In this document: positions 49,801 through 60,837 of the stretch, piece by piece
How positions within the stretch are numbered: the first letter of the stretch is position 1
How the letters are laid out: each line of letters begins with the position of its first letter
Source of the DNA: a virus
Taxonomy: Duplodnaviria > Caudoviricetes
IMG/VR virus record: IMGVR_UViG_3300011008_000016
Span: 1 to 64,000 of that record
DNA: 64,000 nt
Strand: one strand, 5' to 3'
Notes under the pieces: generated by a model
Told to the model about the DNA's origin: nothing
Databases searched by the model: none
The model's input: the letters and a program-made list of their open reading frames with translations, nothing else
Program-made: the position numbers and the translations under genes

Positions 49801-52362
49801 TTAGGCGTTTTCTGATTCTTGCTCTTCTGCTAACTTCGTCTGTATCTTGTTAAAGAGGTTCGCTTGCCTTGCCTTGAGTAATGCCGTATTATACATATCG
49901 GGCAATAATTCCCAAGGTGCCGCAGGAGTTTGTTCAATGACAAGTTGTCTTGTCATATCTTCAATGATGAAATTTGTTATTTCTGGTGGATTCGTACTGT
50001 CTCCACCAACATAAGTCTTCACCATACTCTCACACATTCCGATGTTATCATTAAGTTGCTGATTTGTCATGTTATTATTGATAACCTTGGACTCTCTTAA
50101 CGTAATTTTCATCTTATCAAGAACATTATCCGGTATTGCGTGAGGATAACAATTCTTGACAAGAACCTTTGCAGTATCTGTGAGAGGACCATTGAAGTCT
50201 CTCTTAATACCATTACAACGAACCAGATGTTTGATATTTGCCATACCAAGCATCGTCGCATATTCGATTTCATCTACATAGTCAACCATAACAGCAGGAA
50301 CTCCAGTAGAACCAATCGCCATCTTCTTTAAATCCGTTAAAAACTCATTATGAACATCGATATTTTGTCCAGATACGACATCCATTTCAAATGGCTTGAT
50401 TTCGGATGTTCCCATATTGAGGAAATATCTCTTGTTGATGGCTCTGTTACCATGTAAAATGTTACCGTTTGCAATCTGAATAGGGTCTACATTGCTATCT
50501 TCAAGTTGGTCCATCATATCTGAAATCTGGTTGTTGATTTGTCCATCTAATGCAGATTCTTTCAGATAATAGAACTCGCTATCTGTTGATTTTGTAATGA
50601 TAGCAGTTGTATAAAAAAGCATAAGAGAAGTATATATCCTCGCATAAAGTAGTGAACGAAGCATAACTGGTTGCCCGTTGTCATGTTCATCCAGGTTTGT
50701 TTTCCAAGGAATAACGTATTCTGGTCGAACGAACTTTATCCTTATAGGGTTATCTCTCTTTTCCGCATAAAGTATGCAGTTAAGGATCATACTTCTAAGC
50801 TGTTTATCCCCTTTAACAATATCACCATAATTCAGATTCTTTAGAACTGAGTCAACAATACCGTCAATGACCATATTCCGCTGATTAAAATTCATCTGGT
50901 TAGACATAATGTCTGTTACAGATGTACCCATTTTAGCGAAATCGTAGTTTTCGAAGTAATAATATCCGATAACGTAATCGAATATTTTAATTGGAACAAG
51001 TTGTCTTGGGTCAACCAGTTTTACATGGCATCCAATCATATTTTCCGACTGTTTGAGTTGATTCATAGTGATAGAGTCATCACCCATTACAGCAGTTTCT
51101 GGTTGTTCTGAAGATGGACTTCTCCGATTTGCATTTTTCTGGGCAAGTTCATCCAATTCTTCATTACTCAGTAAACTTCCTACATCAATTTTTTCATCGT
51201 TTTGAAGCTTCTCATAATCGAGCATGACATTTCTGCCCGCGCCAATCTTTGAAGCTGTTCCTGCTTTTCCACCAACCGATATAGAAACTTTTGAGTTACT
51301 AAGAACTGGGTCTTCATCAGAGAGTTCTTTCTGAGCTTTCTTCATCGCATCCAGCAATGCATCCTGTACATGAGTATTAATTTTCTTATAGGTACCAAGT
51401 CCCTCAATGTCTGGAATAGATGTATCTTCACAGATATAAATTTGTTTTGCATTTTCTTTTATAACGTCGATTGTTTCCTGTACTTCTTTTGGGAAATTAT
51501 TTCCTTTATCTTGTTCTGTAAACGATTCAAATAACGTCGTTACACTCTCCATGCAACTATTGTATCCTTCTTCCCCGAATAATGCATGAGTATCTGTAGA
51601 TTCGTAGAACGGATGTCCACCATAACCCAAACCTTGGGAATTATGTAAAGACATAAGCTTGGGACCAATTTCACCATAAGGGATAATCATAATGTAATAG
51701 GTTCCATACTTTATTGCCTTTGGTGCAACATGGTCACGAATCTTAATCGTTGTATTCTGATATTCCAAAGCCTTCTTTACAATGGAAACATATGAACTCA
51801 CGTCATCTGTAATACCGGGAAAATCGACATCCATACTGATGTCTTCATTTACCTGTTCTGCACGAAGTACATTATCCCTTGTGATAAGATTAGCTTCTTC
51901 CAATTGATAGAAATAACTACATACAGAATCTATTTCGTCATATATATGAATGATATCAGATGATGTAGACAAAAAATATGTAGCAATCTGGGTATCACCC
52001 ATTGTAAAGAGTTTCTCAAGTTGGGCATTTCGAAGCAATTTATCCTGCATCGGATGACCTGTGGAGAAATTCTTTTGATTAAAAATCTTTTGTGCTTGAC
52101 CGTAATCTTTATGTCCAATCAAAGCATTTACCAGATATTCATACGTACTATCTGATGTATCTTTTGATGACCGGACTCCCTGATAATCCTGCTGGATTAT
52201 ATTATTATATCTATGATGTAGATTAAGTAGTTCATCAGACCTACCAACATCATCACCGTTTAAAGCAATAGATTCCGAACGAAGTAAATCAACAAGCTCT
52301 TTATTCATATCTTCCATACGGCTGATGTTGACAGAAGAACTATTGGACTTTGAGTCTGGCAT
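49801..52362 (-). CDS. Portal protein (jumbo-phage type)
   Basis: ~850 aa; ITRDNVL...IKYGTYY near the N-terminus and LKKMAIGSTGVPAVMVD...EIEYA near the C-terminus resemble T4-like/phiKZ-like portals. Confidence 0.65.
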   Translation of the reverse strand: MPDSKSNSSSVNISRMEDMNKELVDLLRSESIALNGDDVGRSDELLNLHHRYNNIIQQDYQGVRSSKDTSDSTYEYLVNALIGHKDYGQAQKIFNQKNFSTGHPMQDKLLRNAQLEKLFTMGDTQIATYFLSTSSDIIHIYDEIDSVCSYFYQLEEANLITRDNVLRAEQVNEDISMDVDFPGITDDVSSYVSIVKKALEYQNTTIKIRDHVAPKAIKYGTYYIMIIPYGEIGPKLMSLHNSQGLGYGGHPFYESTDTHALFGEEGYNSCMESVTTLFESFTEQDKGNNFPKEVQETIDVIKENAKQIYICEDTSIPDIEGLGTYKKINTHVQDALLDAMKKAQKELSDEDPVLSNSKVSISVGGKAGTASKIGAGRNVMLDYEKLQNDEKIDVGSLLSNEELDELAQKNANRRSPSSEQPETAVMGDDSITMNQLKQSENMIGCHVKLVDPRQLVPIKIFDYVIGYYYFENYDFAKMGTSVTDIMSNQMNFNQRNMVIDGIVDSVLKNLNYGDIVKGDKQLRSMILNCILYAEKRDNPIRIKFVRPEYVIPWKTNLDEHDNGQPVMLRSLLYARIYTSLMLFYTTAIITKSTDSEFYYLKESALDGQINNQISDMMDQLEDSNVDPIQIANGNILHGNRAINKRYFLNMGTSEIKPFEMDVVSGQNIDVHNEFLTDLKKMAIGSTGVPAVMVDYVDEIEYATMLGMANIKHLVRCNGIKRDFNGPLTDTAKVLVKNCYPHAIPDNVLDKMKITLRESKVINNNMTNQQLNDNIGMCESMVKTYVGGDSTNPPEITNFIIEDMTRQLVIEQTPAAPWELLPDMYNTALLKARQANLFNKIQTKLAEEQESENA

Positions 52363-52456
52363 AATAATTCTCCTTTCCTCTAAGTATTCATACAAAACCC
52401 TGTTAAGGGTTTCTTATTACTTATCTTGTGCAAATGGGGATATTTACAACAATTCC

Positions 52457-52864
52457 AAAAATCCGGTTCACAGAGATTTTGCAACTATATTAAATACTTA
52501 GATATGAGAAGTAGTCAATCCCATATCAATATTAAGAAAGGGAACAAAAAAAGAAATCGATGTGACTGTTAAGAAAGGAGACAGATTATGCCATTAACTG
52601 GTAATATCGTGGATGACAAACTCATTCGCAATTTTAATCGGTTAATCCTTGGTTGTCCGGATGGAATATATCGTCCGAATACAACAAAGGCAAGAAGAGC
52701 TTCGAATCAAAGCTTGATCGAGCAGACGATTCGAAACTCTTCTAACAAAGAAATGGTTTACCAGTATCATTCTTTGTAAGCCATTAACTGGTACCAACCA
52801 ATAAATGGTTGGGGTAATCGGGAGCCCACACACTCCCGATTACTTTTTTGTATATTCTTTTTTA
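52457..52864 (+). repeat. Dispersed cassette, copy 2 (paralog of 17233..17638)
   Basis: Same 18-mer, promoter motif, ORF, terminator and right end as copy 1. Confidence 0.85.
52588..52779 (+). CDS. 63-aa microprotein, copy 2
   Basis: AAGAAAGGAG RBS; paralog of 17360..17548. Confidence 0.85.
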   Translation: MPLTGNIVDDKLIRNFNRLILGCPDGIYRPNTTKARRASNQSLIEQTIRNSSNKEMVYQYHSL

Positions 52865-53317
52865 TTCTTTAATAGTATCAATGTACATTTCGATGTAAAG
52901 ATATCCGGTTTCTTTGTGTTTAAGTGGAGATTGATTCCAGATAATATCATATAAGCTATCATTCCCTATGAGTACAGTATCATTTTCTTTTCTGATTTCA
53001 CCATTGAATACATACTGCTCTTCTTTACAGATAGCAATTTCACTGAATAGTTGCTCAACCTTTTCAACACCGACTATTCTCATAGAAATTTTTCTTCTCT
53101 CATCATCTTCACAAAAGTGAATTTTCATATATTCATCAAGAAGTAATTCCGATGTATCGTGAATAATAATCTGTGGTTTATCAGATAGCAACAACTTATC
53201 TCCAGAATATTCTTCTACAAGAGTATGATTACCATAATCAATCTTTGTAAATACTCCCCCCAACACTACAATTTCTGTAGCCATATTTTCATCTCCTATT
53301 CTTTTAATATTGTCCAT
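52862..53317 (-). CDS. Hypothetical protein
   Basis: ORF; the true start may be 53284. Confidence 0.7.
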   Translation of the reverse strand: MDNIKRIGDENMATEIVVLGGVFTKIDYGNHTLVEEYSGDKLLLSDKPQIIIHDTSELLLDEYMKIHFCEDDERRKISMRIVGVEKVEQLFSEIAICKEEQYVFNGEIRKENDTVLIGNDSLYDIIWNQSPLKHKETGYLYIEMYIDTIKE

Positions 53318-53823
53318 GGGATGATATTCTTCGGAACATAGATAGCTTTCAATGGCATACTGAGATTATAGGATATTTCAGGAAGCATAGATTTGGTATC
53401 ATATATAGTCCCGTTGATATATGCAAACGCATGGTCGTTAAATGATACAATATAACTATTCGTCGTATGAGTGATGAGAAATGTACCAAGTTGTACGTTT
53501 TTAATTGGTACAACTAATTGGAATCCAAACTCTTCTAAAAACTCTTTGACAACCCAATAGTTATTCATTAAACGATGATGCTTTCGTCCGATGGAAGATA
53601 GTTTGTCATATACATATTCCCACGTATATGTGACATCTTTAGCTTTTTGGACATGATTTAATACCATAAGAATCGAACGAACTACACAATCTTCAGCTCG
53701 TTCATCACCATTGGGATTCAAGTTTCTTTCTTCAAATTTAATCCCAAGCATATTCAATAATCCATATTTTCCAGTTGGTTCATAACTGTTTCCAACAGGA
53801 ATCGTTGGTACTTTATCATTCAA
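53296..53823 (-). CDS. Hypothetical protein with a possible Cys-His-Asp triad
   Basis: NLNPNG...DCVVRSI...HAFAYINGTIYD. Confidence 0.55.
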   Translation of the reverse strand: MNDKVPTIPVGNSYEPTGKYGLLNMLGIKFEERNLNPNGDERAEDCVVRSILMVLNHVQKAKDVTYTWEYVYDKLSSIGRKHHRLMNNYWVVKEFLEEFGFQLVVPIKNVQLGTFLITHTTNSYIVSFNDHAFAYINGTIYDTKSMLPEISYNLSMPLKAIYVPKNIIPWTILKE

Positions 53824-53828
53824 TTCCG

Positions 53829-54617
53829 TTACCCTCCATACATCAGTACCAGATATTCATGCATACAATTTATCTTGAATGTCGTACTTTGACCGCATTT
53901 ATAATTTGCGTGACATCTGAAAATTGCTATATCTGATTGGTCTGAAGGTAAGAATGTATATTTCATGGATAACGCTATAGGAGTGCCTTTTCTTGTTACT
54001 CCTGCCAATATGAATAAGGACTTTGCAATTCTTGTCTCTGCTAAACGATCTCCCAGATCTCTTGTTACTGTAATAGCTTCACCATCTCTAATACGAATCA
54101 ACATATCCTCGTCCATATCAACCCATTTATCTCCCATCATATTATCGACAGGATTAGTTAAATCTTGATACATAGTTAATCCGTCTGCTGTTGATTTTAC
54201 GTGTTCCGGTATATTATCCGTAATGAGTTTTCCAAGTTGAATTACCAAGTGCTCTCCTTCGGCAGTTTCCATATAGAAACCAAAATACGTTTCCGATTTA
54301 ACATAAGTGATATTCTTTCTGTATTCTGATTTCTCTGTATTGATTTCTTTTATTTCTGCAATCAATTTATCAAGGTCATCCATTTGATAGATACCATCTT
54401 TTGTGTAGTAATTATCTTCTAAATTATAAGAATTAAAAAATGGATCTTTGATGATGTGTCGCCCTGGAATTTTTCCAGTGTCCCAATTATTCTTTTCAGT
54501 ACAAATATAGCAATCGTTCTTTACAATGTAACGATTACCTATTTTGATGAGTCTTCCTAAAAAGGATAAGTAAGAATCAAAATCCTTACACTTTATAGGT
54601 AGTCTATATTCTAGCAT
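53829..54617 (-). CDS. Hypothetical protein (~262 aa)
   Basis: AAAGGGGG RBS. Confidence 0.75.
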   Translation of the reverse strand: MLEYRLPIKCKDFDSYLSFLGRLIKIGNRYIVKNDCYICTEKNNWDTGKIPGRHIIKDPFFNSYNLEDNYYTKDGIYQMDDLDKLIAEIKEINTEKSEYRKNITYVKSETYFGFYMETAEGEHLVIQLGKLITDNIPEHVKSTADGLTMYQDLTNPVDNMMGDKWVDMDEDMLIRIRDGEAITVTRDLGDRLAETRIAKSLFILAGVTRKGTPIALSMKYTFLPSDQSDIAIFRCHANYKCGQSTTFKINCMHEYLVLMYGG

Positions 54618-54727
54618 GGTTAATCCCCCTTTCATTTATAGTTAAGTTTTATACAAAATAAGAAACCATTTTGCCAACCTCGGCAAAATGGTTTCTTTTA
54701 ATACCCCGCTTTAGACATGGTTATAGA

Positions 54728-55321
54728 TTAAGACCCGCTTTCATCATCAGATGCACAAGGACAATCTGATCCGTCTTCGGATTCACCGTCCCCTGAACAG
54801 CAATGATACTTAACTTCCGGCTGCTCGTCCTTAATAACTTTACCCGTAAGCATCGTAACGTCAATCTCATTCGAATAAATTGGTGAAAAGCTGATGTTAG
54901 ATTCAACTCCTACCAGTTTATAATCCCTGAGACATCCATAAATGAATGCATAGAGTGCTTTCAGCTTATGGGACATGAAGACTGCCGTATTCAGAATAAT
55001 CGCACAATCATAGAATTTGTCTTCAAGGGTGACTCCGAATATGGAATCCAGCATCTCTGCATAAGATTCGGAATCAATCTTGTTCAACGCAACATACAGT
55101 TCATACATAATGTTGCGATAGGATTCCTGTGAAGCCTTGGTGTTTTTGAATACAGCCATTGCATCCCTGATAGGCTTCATAAACAGGTTGAACTCTGTGT
55201 CATGGTCACAATGACCACTGTTTAACTGTGTCAGTTCGTTGTAAATATTGGCAAACGTATCGTGTATCCATTTGATATCGTTGTTTACCATATTCAACTG
55301 TATGACCTGAGTATAGCTCAT
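54728..55321 (-). CDS. Hypothetical protein (197 aa)
   Basis: ORF coupled to the upstream gene; Cys/acidic tail. Confidence 0.7.
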   Translation of the reverse strand: MSYTQVIQLNMVNNDIKWIHDTFANIYNELTQLNSGHCDHDTEFNLFMKPIRDAMAVFKNTKASQESYRNIMYELYVALNKIDSESYAEMLDSIFGVTLEDKFYDCAIILNTAVFMSHKLKALYAFIYGCLRDYKLVGVESNISFSPIYSNEIDVTMLTGKVIKDEQPEVKYHCCSGDGESEDGSDCPCASDDESGS

Positions 55322-55752
55322 AATTCAAACTCCTTTACATCATACCCATTGTCATTAAACCACTTTGCTAAGATATGGCGATGACAAAAATCTTCAGGTT
55401 TCTCGTAGCAACATAACAGAATGTTGATTTCATCGGTTTCCATGATGGAGCAGTCCATTTCCATCAATTTGTTATCCAAGGTGTCTGGAAGAAATGACTC
55501 CAGTTCGAGAATCACTTCTGCCGCAACAAGATCTCTCAATATATTATTCTGATAACGAGTGGTGTATCTCTGTTCGTCAACAACACCCGTTTTATAACTT
55601 GTAAGTAAATCGTAGTCGGGCATAAGCGATTTAATCCTTGGTCCATGGAACCACTTCGGTGTTGAGAATGCGATAGAATATGGTACATAAAACCTACCAT
55701 CTGTCAGCTTATCGATCTTCTTTAACTTCCCGAAATAAGATGTGTAAATCAT
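55318..55752 (-). CDS. DUF488-like protein
   Basis: MIYTSYF...LLCCYEKPEDFCHRHIL. Confidence 0.7.
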   Translation of the reverse strand: MIYTSYFGKLKKIDKLTDGRFYVPYSIAFSTPKWFHGPRIKSLMPDYDLLTSYKTGVVDEQRYTTRYQNNILRDLVAAEVILELESFLPDTLDNKLMEMDCSIMETDEINILLCCYEKPEDFCHRHILAKWFNDNGYDVKEFEL

Positions 55753-55845
55753 CCTTTACTTATTACCTCCTTATAAGTTTGTACACCGGAGTAACGAGCA
55801 AAAATTAATGCCCGTTACTCCTTTAATCAACAATCCCTATTTCTT

Positions 55846-56814
55846 TTACTTCTTATCAGTACTCGGAGTTCTCAACTCGGAAATGAACGCTTCAATCAAT
55901 GGGTTCTTATCGTATTTTCCACCTGTCCTTTCTGCCAGATATTTAGTGATATGAATAGCAAACTCGTTTGCTAAGTTCTTCTCTGTCTGCGGACCTCTTC
56001 CAGTCTTTAACATCAACCGGAAATATTCCTTATCCGCATCATACTGCAACATATCATTCAATGTATTGACGGCGCTTGCATACCGTTTAACAGCCTCTTC
56101 ATGACTAATGCCCAAGATGTAAACCATCTCACTTATGATATTTCCAATGGTGTATCCTGTAGCCCATTTCCTTTCCGATTCAACGTAAAACACGTTCGGA
56201 TGGAATACCGATGTAATCATGTCCCTGAGAACTTTACCAGCCTGGTTTATAGGAGCATGTTCAATAAGCATCCTTGAGAATTTCAGATAGGTCGGCATTT
56301 TCTTATTCTTCCTATCATAATTCTCAATATGTCTTGCAAGCTCTGTATTCATCTTCTCAAGTCGCTTAGATGTATCTTCCAGTTTAGCCAGTTCTTCTGG
56401 AGTTACATTAAAATGAATGACGGTGAGAATATTTTCCGATGTCCTCTTATACCATTCTGACGTTTCCTTCGGTAAAATTTTGCAAATTACCGATAAGTTG
56501 AATAAAATTCCATTGACCAAATCACTCATTGAAGTTTCACCGAGTAAACTAAGTTCTGCTACATTAGCTCCAGTTGGTAACTTATTGAGGTAGAACTTTG
56601 GTTCCCAGTGTTCCTTAATAAAACTGGTAATTTGATCCTCGATAACCTCGTTCACTGTCGAACGGGTAGACTTATAGTATTCTACCGTTGCTCCATTATC
56701 AATCGCATTGATAATGTCCTCTTCAGAAAACCCATCAACGATTTCTCCATTACAATAAATATTGAGTTCTGGATCGTTATAGATTTCTTTGAGGTTCTCC
56801 TTTGTCAATTGCAT
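55846..56814 (-). CDS. Hypothetical protein (322 aa)
   Basis: AAGGAGG RBS. Confidence 0.8.
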   Translation of the reverse strand: MQLTKENLKEIYNDPELNIYCNGEIVDGFSEEDIINAIDNGATVEYYKSTRSTVNEVIEDQITSFIKEHWEPKFYLNKLPTGANVAELSLLGETSMSDLVNGILFNLSVICKILPKETSEWYKRTSENILTVIHFNVTPEELAKLEDTSKRLEKMNTELARHIENYDRKNKKMPTYLKFSRMLIEHAPINQAGKVLRDMITSVFHPNVFYVESERKWATGYTIGNIISEMVYILGISHEEAVKRYASAVNTLNDMLQYDADKEYFRLMLKTGRGPQTEKNLANEFAIHITKYLAERTGGKYDKNPLIEAFISELRTPSTDKK

Positions 56815-57178
56815 TATGAATTTCCTCCTTCTATCGTTTCGATGACCCTACTAATTAGCTCATCTATCTTAGCCACATCGTCGATGTTGATATAGGCTAC
56901 AGATTTAGAAGCCATTGGGCAGTTATTCTCATAGTATCGTATAATCGACAGAGCTTCATTAAGATCATTAATTGCCGTTTCCATTATACTCTCCTTAATA
57001 TATCGACCCTATTTGGATCAAACTTTTCAGCCAGTCTTTTTTCAGTCTCCTTCCTCATTTTCTGAATAACAAGGCTCTTTCTGGCAGAACCTACCTTAAT
57101 ATACATTGCATGTGCGATTGCACCATCAACAGATGTTGTCGGGTTTATTGCTGTTGTAATCATATTGTGATACCTCCT

Positions 57179-57808
57179 TTATTTCCTCTCCAGTTTCGAT
57201 GCTATCATGTCTGCTGTATGTGTCCAAAATACATTTGGGCAGGTTTTGATGGCTTCGTCATAAAACCTCCATTCAGATGAATCTGTATACGCTCCCATAT
57301 GATACCGGATACATAATGCCTCTTCCTCTGTAAGCAGAATCTTTGATGAGAGCATAAGGATGCTCTTGGAACCATGTCCTGATTCGAACGTAGGTCTGTA
57401 CTCAATTGGACCTTTTCCTGTAAAGTATTTTTCTTGAATATCTATCTTACTATCAAAATCATAGTCGTATTCGTGCAATTTGCATACATCATGAAGTATT
57501 CCGATAATAATTGGAGAACCATTATCCATCCATTCTAACTGATATAACTCTGTTAAAAGAACTAACTGACGAGTCACTTCAAATGAATGAATAAATAATC
57601 CACCCCGACAAGCTCCGTGATGCCCTTTACCAGCCGGACAATTGTAATATCCACTAGCACCAAGCCATTTGAATAATCCCGATGCTGCTCGGTTTGTTAT
57701 AAAAGCTGCCATAATATACTTTGTAAATTCTCTCCTCTCAGCCGTTCCCATCTCAGATACATCTGTATCGATGATCCGTTCGTAAATTTGTTTTACCCCA
57801 TCATTCAT
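57179..57808 (-). CDS. HD-domain phosphohydrolase
   Basis: HHGA...GGLFIHS, ILHDVCK, GHG, IRYHMG, ADM. Confidence 0.85.
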   Translation of the reverse strand: MNDGVKQIYERIIDTDVSEMGTAERREFTKYIMAAFITNRAASGLFKWLGASGYYNCPAGKGHHGACRGGLFIHSFEVTRQLVLLTELYQLEWMDNGSPIIIGILHDVCKLHEYDYDFDSKIDIQEKYFTGKGPIEYRPTFESGHGSKSILMLSSKILLTEEEALCIRYHMGAYTDSSEWRFYDEAIKTCPNVFWTHTADMIASKLERK

Positions 57809-57890
57809 ATGATGACCTCCTTTTGTATGTTTAAATTATAAGTAGTGGGTTGAGATTTCTCAACCCACTACTTTAATATAGTTACTAATA

Positions 57891-59687
57891 TTACGCCGTC
57901 ATCTTCATGCGGTTATAAACCTCTGCACTAATGGTTTCATAGCTTGGAAGATTAAACCACTTCTCACCTAAGAACAGAGTGTTCTTTGCAATAAGATCTT
58001 CTACGAACTCCTTACCAGCGTCATCGTCGTATCGTTTCAGTTTATCTCCATCAATAATAAACAGCTTTCCTATCATTGTAGCCGCAAAGATATTAAAGGA
58101 ACATATAGAATTTGGATACATTGCTGAGAAGTCGAAATCTATAGAATCACCGAAGAGATATTTACTTGCTTTTCCAAACAGAATAATACCGTGATGTCCA
58201 TTTAATTCTGGGTCACCATTGATGGCACCTTCAAATGACTCTTGGGAATCTTCCAAATCTCTTTCGAACGAATCACTCTCAGCATCTTCATCGTAATATC
58301 CATTATCAGAGTCTACTCGTTTAGCCCCATTGTCAAAGTTGACGTTATGGCCGAGTATCAAATTATCGTTAATTAAGAATTCTCTATAGAAGAATGCCCT
58401 TAACGAAACAGTCTGTTTCATACCATCTTTATAGTTGCAGTATGAATGTAGACATGAATTGTATAGGTTATAGGCATCATTACATTTCTCATTAATTCCT
58501 GATTGTAACAAAGTATCGTTGACATTGTATACGTCATACAGCAGGAAATTATTACGAGAAAATAAAATAAAGTTGCCCTTCGTTTCTTCTCCGAATTTAA
58601 TTTTTCCTTCACCAACACCTTCTTTTGTTGCAATAGCATCCAAAGATACTTTTCGAAGAGCTGTCTGCGACCTACGAAGACCAGCGTATACAGCAGGTTG
58701 ATCGAGGTAACGTGTATAAGATGAACAATCGAAATAATTTCTCTTTGTATCCCAATCGAAGTTGTTATTATCTTCATGATAGTAAAGTGTTGATGTAGGG
58801 AAATCCGAATGGCAAAATAGGTTTGCTGGATTCATTTTAAGGTGTTCCGCACGTCCGATAATGTATGGAATATCGAAATCCATATTCCAAATAAAACAAA
58901 TGTCTCGTTTCAGTACATGAATTAATCGAAACGCCTGTGTTAATAAATCTCGTTCATCATCGAACGCATATTGTACATATTCAAACCCCGGAAATGACTC
59001 ATCGAATCGTTCATGTAATTTTTGTTGTAATTCCTCTTGTCTATTCTCAATAAATGGAATAATCTGAGGATTGTCTTTTGTTTTAAGATAAAACGTACTG
59101 ACTCTTCGTTTAACAGAGTCACAAATAGAAATCATATCAATGGGACATTCACCACGCCTTGGAATTGGACCATCCCAATGCATCTGGTCAACCTCGATAT
59201 CAAGGTATATGCAATCTAACCATTTTCTATCTTCATTGTCGAGTTCTTGTTCCCAGATAACCCGGTAATAAGTTTCAATAGGAATGTCTCCACCTAAACA
59301 ATAAGGCCACTTATAAAGTTGCCTACGCATCTTTTTTGTCTTATTTTCATAGTAGAATTTTTCGTATTCTGAACCAGCCATCTTTGCAATTTCTTTTAGT
59401 ACATCTTTATATTTTACCTCGTGCGGAATAAGTTTATCTTTTTCCATATAATGACGAGGTTTCTTAAATGTAGAACGAAGTTCTTCAGGAACCTCATACA
59501 ACATAATGGTTGGTTCAGTAATTGTATAAATTCCCTTCTGTTTCGTGATTAAGTCTTTATATACAAAATTCAGATAATCCTTCCATCCTGTTGTAGCATT
59601 ACCACTTTGATATATAACGTCGCATAACATTAATTTGCGACCGGCAAGTTCTTTAAATACTAAAGGTTCTGTTGCCATTGGAAACAT
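57891..59687 (-). CDS. polB: Family B DNA polymerase, N-terminal part (3'-5' exonuclease plus motif A)
   Basis: ExoI LDIEVD, ExoII WNMDFDIPYI, ExoIII YNVND, motif A DFDFSAMYPNSICSFNI. Confidence 0.88.
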   Translation of the reverse strand: MFPMATEPLVFKELAGRKLMLCDVIYQSGNATTGWKDYLNFVYKDLITKQKGIYTITEPTIMLYEVPEELRSTFKKPRHYMEKDKLIPHEVKYKDVLKEIAKMAGSEYEKFYYENKTKKMRRQLYKWPYCLGGDIPIETYYRVIWEQELDNEDRKWLDCIYLDIEVDQMHWDGPIPRRGECPIDMISICDSVKRRVSTFYLKTKDNPQIIPFIENRQEELQQKLHERFDESFPGFEYVQYAFDDERDLLTQAFRLIHVLKRDICFIWNMDFDIPYIIGRAEHLKMNPANLFCHSDFPTSTLYYHEDNNNFDWDTKRNYFDCSSYTRYLDQPAVYAGLRRSQTALRKVSLDAIATKEGVGEGKIKFGEETKGNFILFSRNNFLLYDVYNVNDTLLQSGINEKCNDAYNLYNSCLHSYCNYKDGMKQTVSLRAFFYREFLINDNLILGHNVNFDNGAKRVDSDNGYYDEDAESDSFERDLEDSQESFEGAINGDPELNGHHGIILFGKASKYLFGDSIDFDFSAMYPNSICSFNIFAATMIGKLFIIDGDKLKRYDDDAGKEFVEDLIAKNTLFLGEKWFNLPSYETISAEVYNRMKMTA

Positions 59688-59835
59688 CTCCTTTCTTTGT
59701 TTTTTAGTTTCTATCTTTTAGATGGTTGTCAATTTGGTCATACGAACTTAATATCGTTATAAAACAAAGAAAGCACTTGGGTAGAAACCTACCCAAGTGC
59801 TTTTATGAGTTCGTAATCTTCTCGGTTTGATCAGA

Positions 59836-60819
59836 TTAAGCATCCGCCCAACGACTTGTAACAACATCGTCAGAAGCTGAATCCGGGTTTGGATTATCTT
59901 TGAGAGACGATGCAGAAGGTCCAAACGGAGCCGCATAGTTATGACCGTCATCAAATGTCATCCAGTTGTTGATATGCGGAGTCTGAATTCTCTTACCGAT
60001 AAGTTCCTTATTGTATCCAGAGTACATATTCAGATAGTTCCTCAGGATATTGTACCTTGCCAGAGCAAGAGTCCCGATGTAGTTAATCTGTGCACTCATG
60101 TATTTCGATGCCGTAAACTCAATGCTGAGCTGTACGAGATCATGTGAACCAGACTCATAGACAAAGTGACTATGATCGCTCCCCTTCGGGAACATATTGG
60201 TCAACAGGCATACGTACTCAGGCTCCATACCCGTTGGGTCGGTAGCCACATAAAGCATCTCCATAGTATGATTGGACTGAGACAGATACAAATCGCCACG
60301 AGTTGTAACGTCGTATCCCTCATTTTCCAGTAACGTAGAACCGGTCTGATAATCGACATCTCTTGCACCATGATAGTGCGAAAGACCCGTAAACGGATCG
60401 ATTGTACCGGTAATCCAGAAGTCAAGATATGTACGAATCAGGGAACCCTGGGTTTCGTAAATCTTAACTGTAATAGCGGATGTATCATCCTTTACGTTGA
60501 TAGGGAGTTCAACCGTATTTCCAACGTAACCAACGGTAGCGCTGGTGAAATCAACGGTATAACCCTGAATTCCATCGATTCCAGTATTAGCAAACTGAAG
60601 TAAGTGACGGAACTTCTTTGTTTCATCCGGCAGCAGATACTGGACAAATTTCGGCATCTGCAAGATGAACATACGACCGTAACCTGTTCTCAGGAGGTCA
60701 TACTGTTTCAACGCAGCATTCGTTGTATCAGTGCCGCCAAGCCAGAATGCGTAATTCTCAAGATTATCCAGATTATCTTTATGGATATTATCCTGTAAAG
60801 TCGCAACTAATCTTGCCAT
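59836..60819 (-). CDS. Tail tube protein
   Basis: Directly downstream of the sheath gene; VKIYETQGS...DFW, LLTNMFP, VQLSIEFT pattern. Confidence 0.65.
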   Translation of the reverse strand: MARLVATLQDNIHKDNLDNLENYAFWLGGTDTTNAALKQYDLLRTGYGRMFILQMPKFVQYLLPDETKKFRHLLQFANTGIDGIQGYTVDFTSATVGYVGNTVELPINVKDDTSAITVKIYETQGSLIRTYLDFWITGTIDPFTGLSHYHGARDVDYQTGSTLLENEGYDVTTRGDLYLSQSNHTMEMLYVATDPTGMEPEYVCLLTNMFPKGSDHSHFVYESGSHDLVQLSIEFTASKYMSAQINYIGTLALARYNILRNYLNMYSGYNKELIGKRIQTPHINNWMTFDDGHNYAAPFGPSASSLKDNPNPDSASDDVVTSRWADA

Positions 60820-60837
60820 TTTAATTACCTCCTTTCA

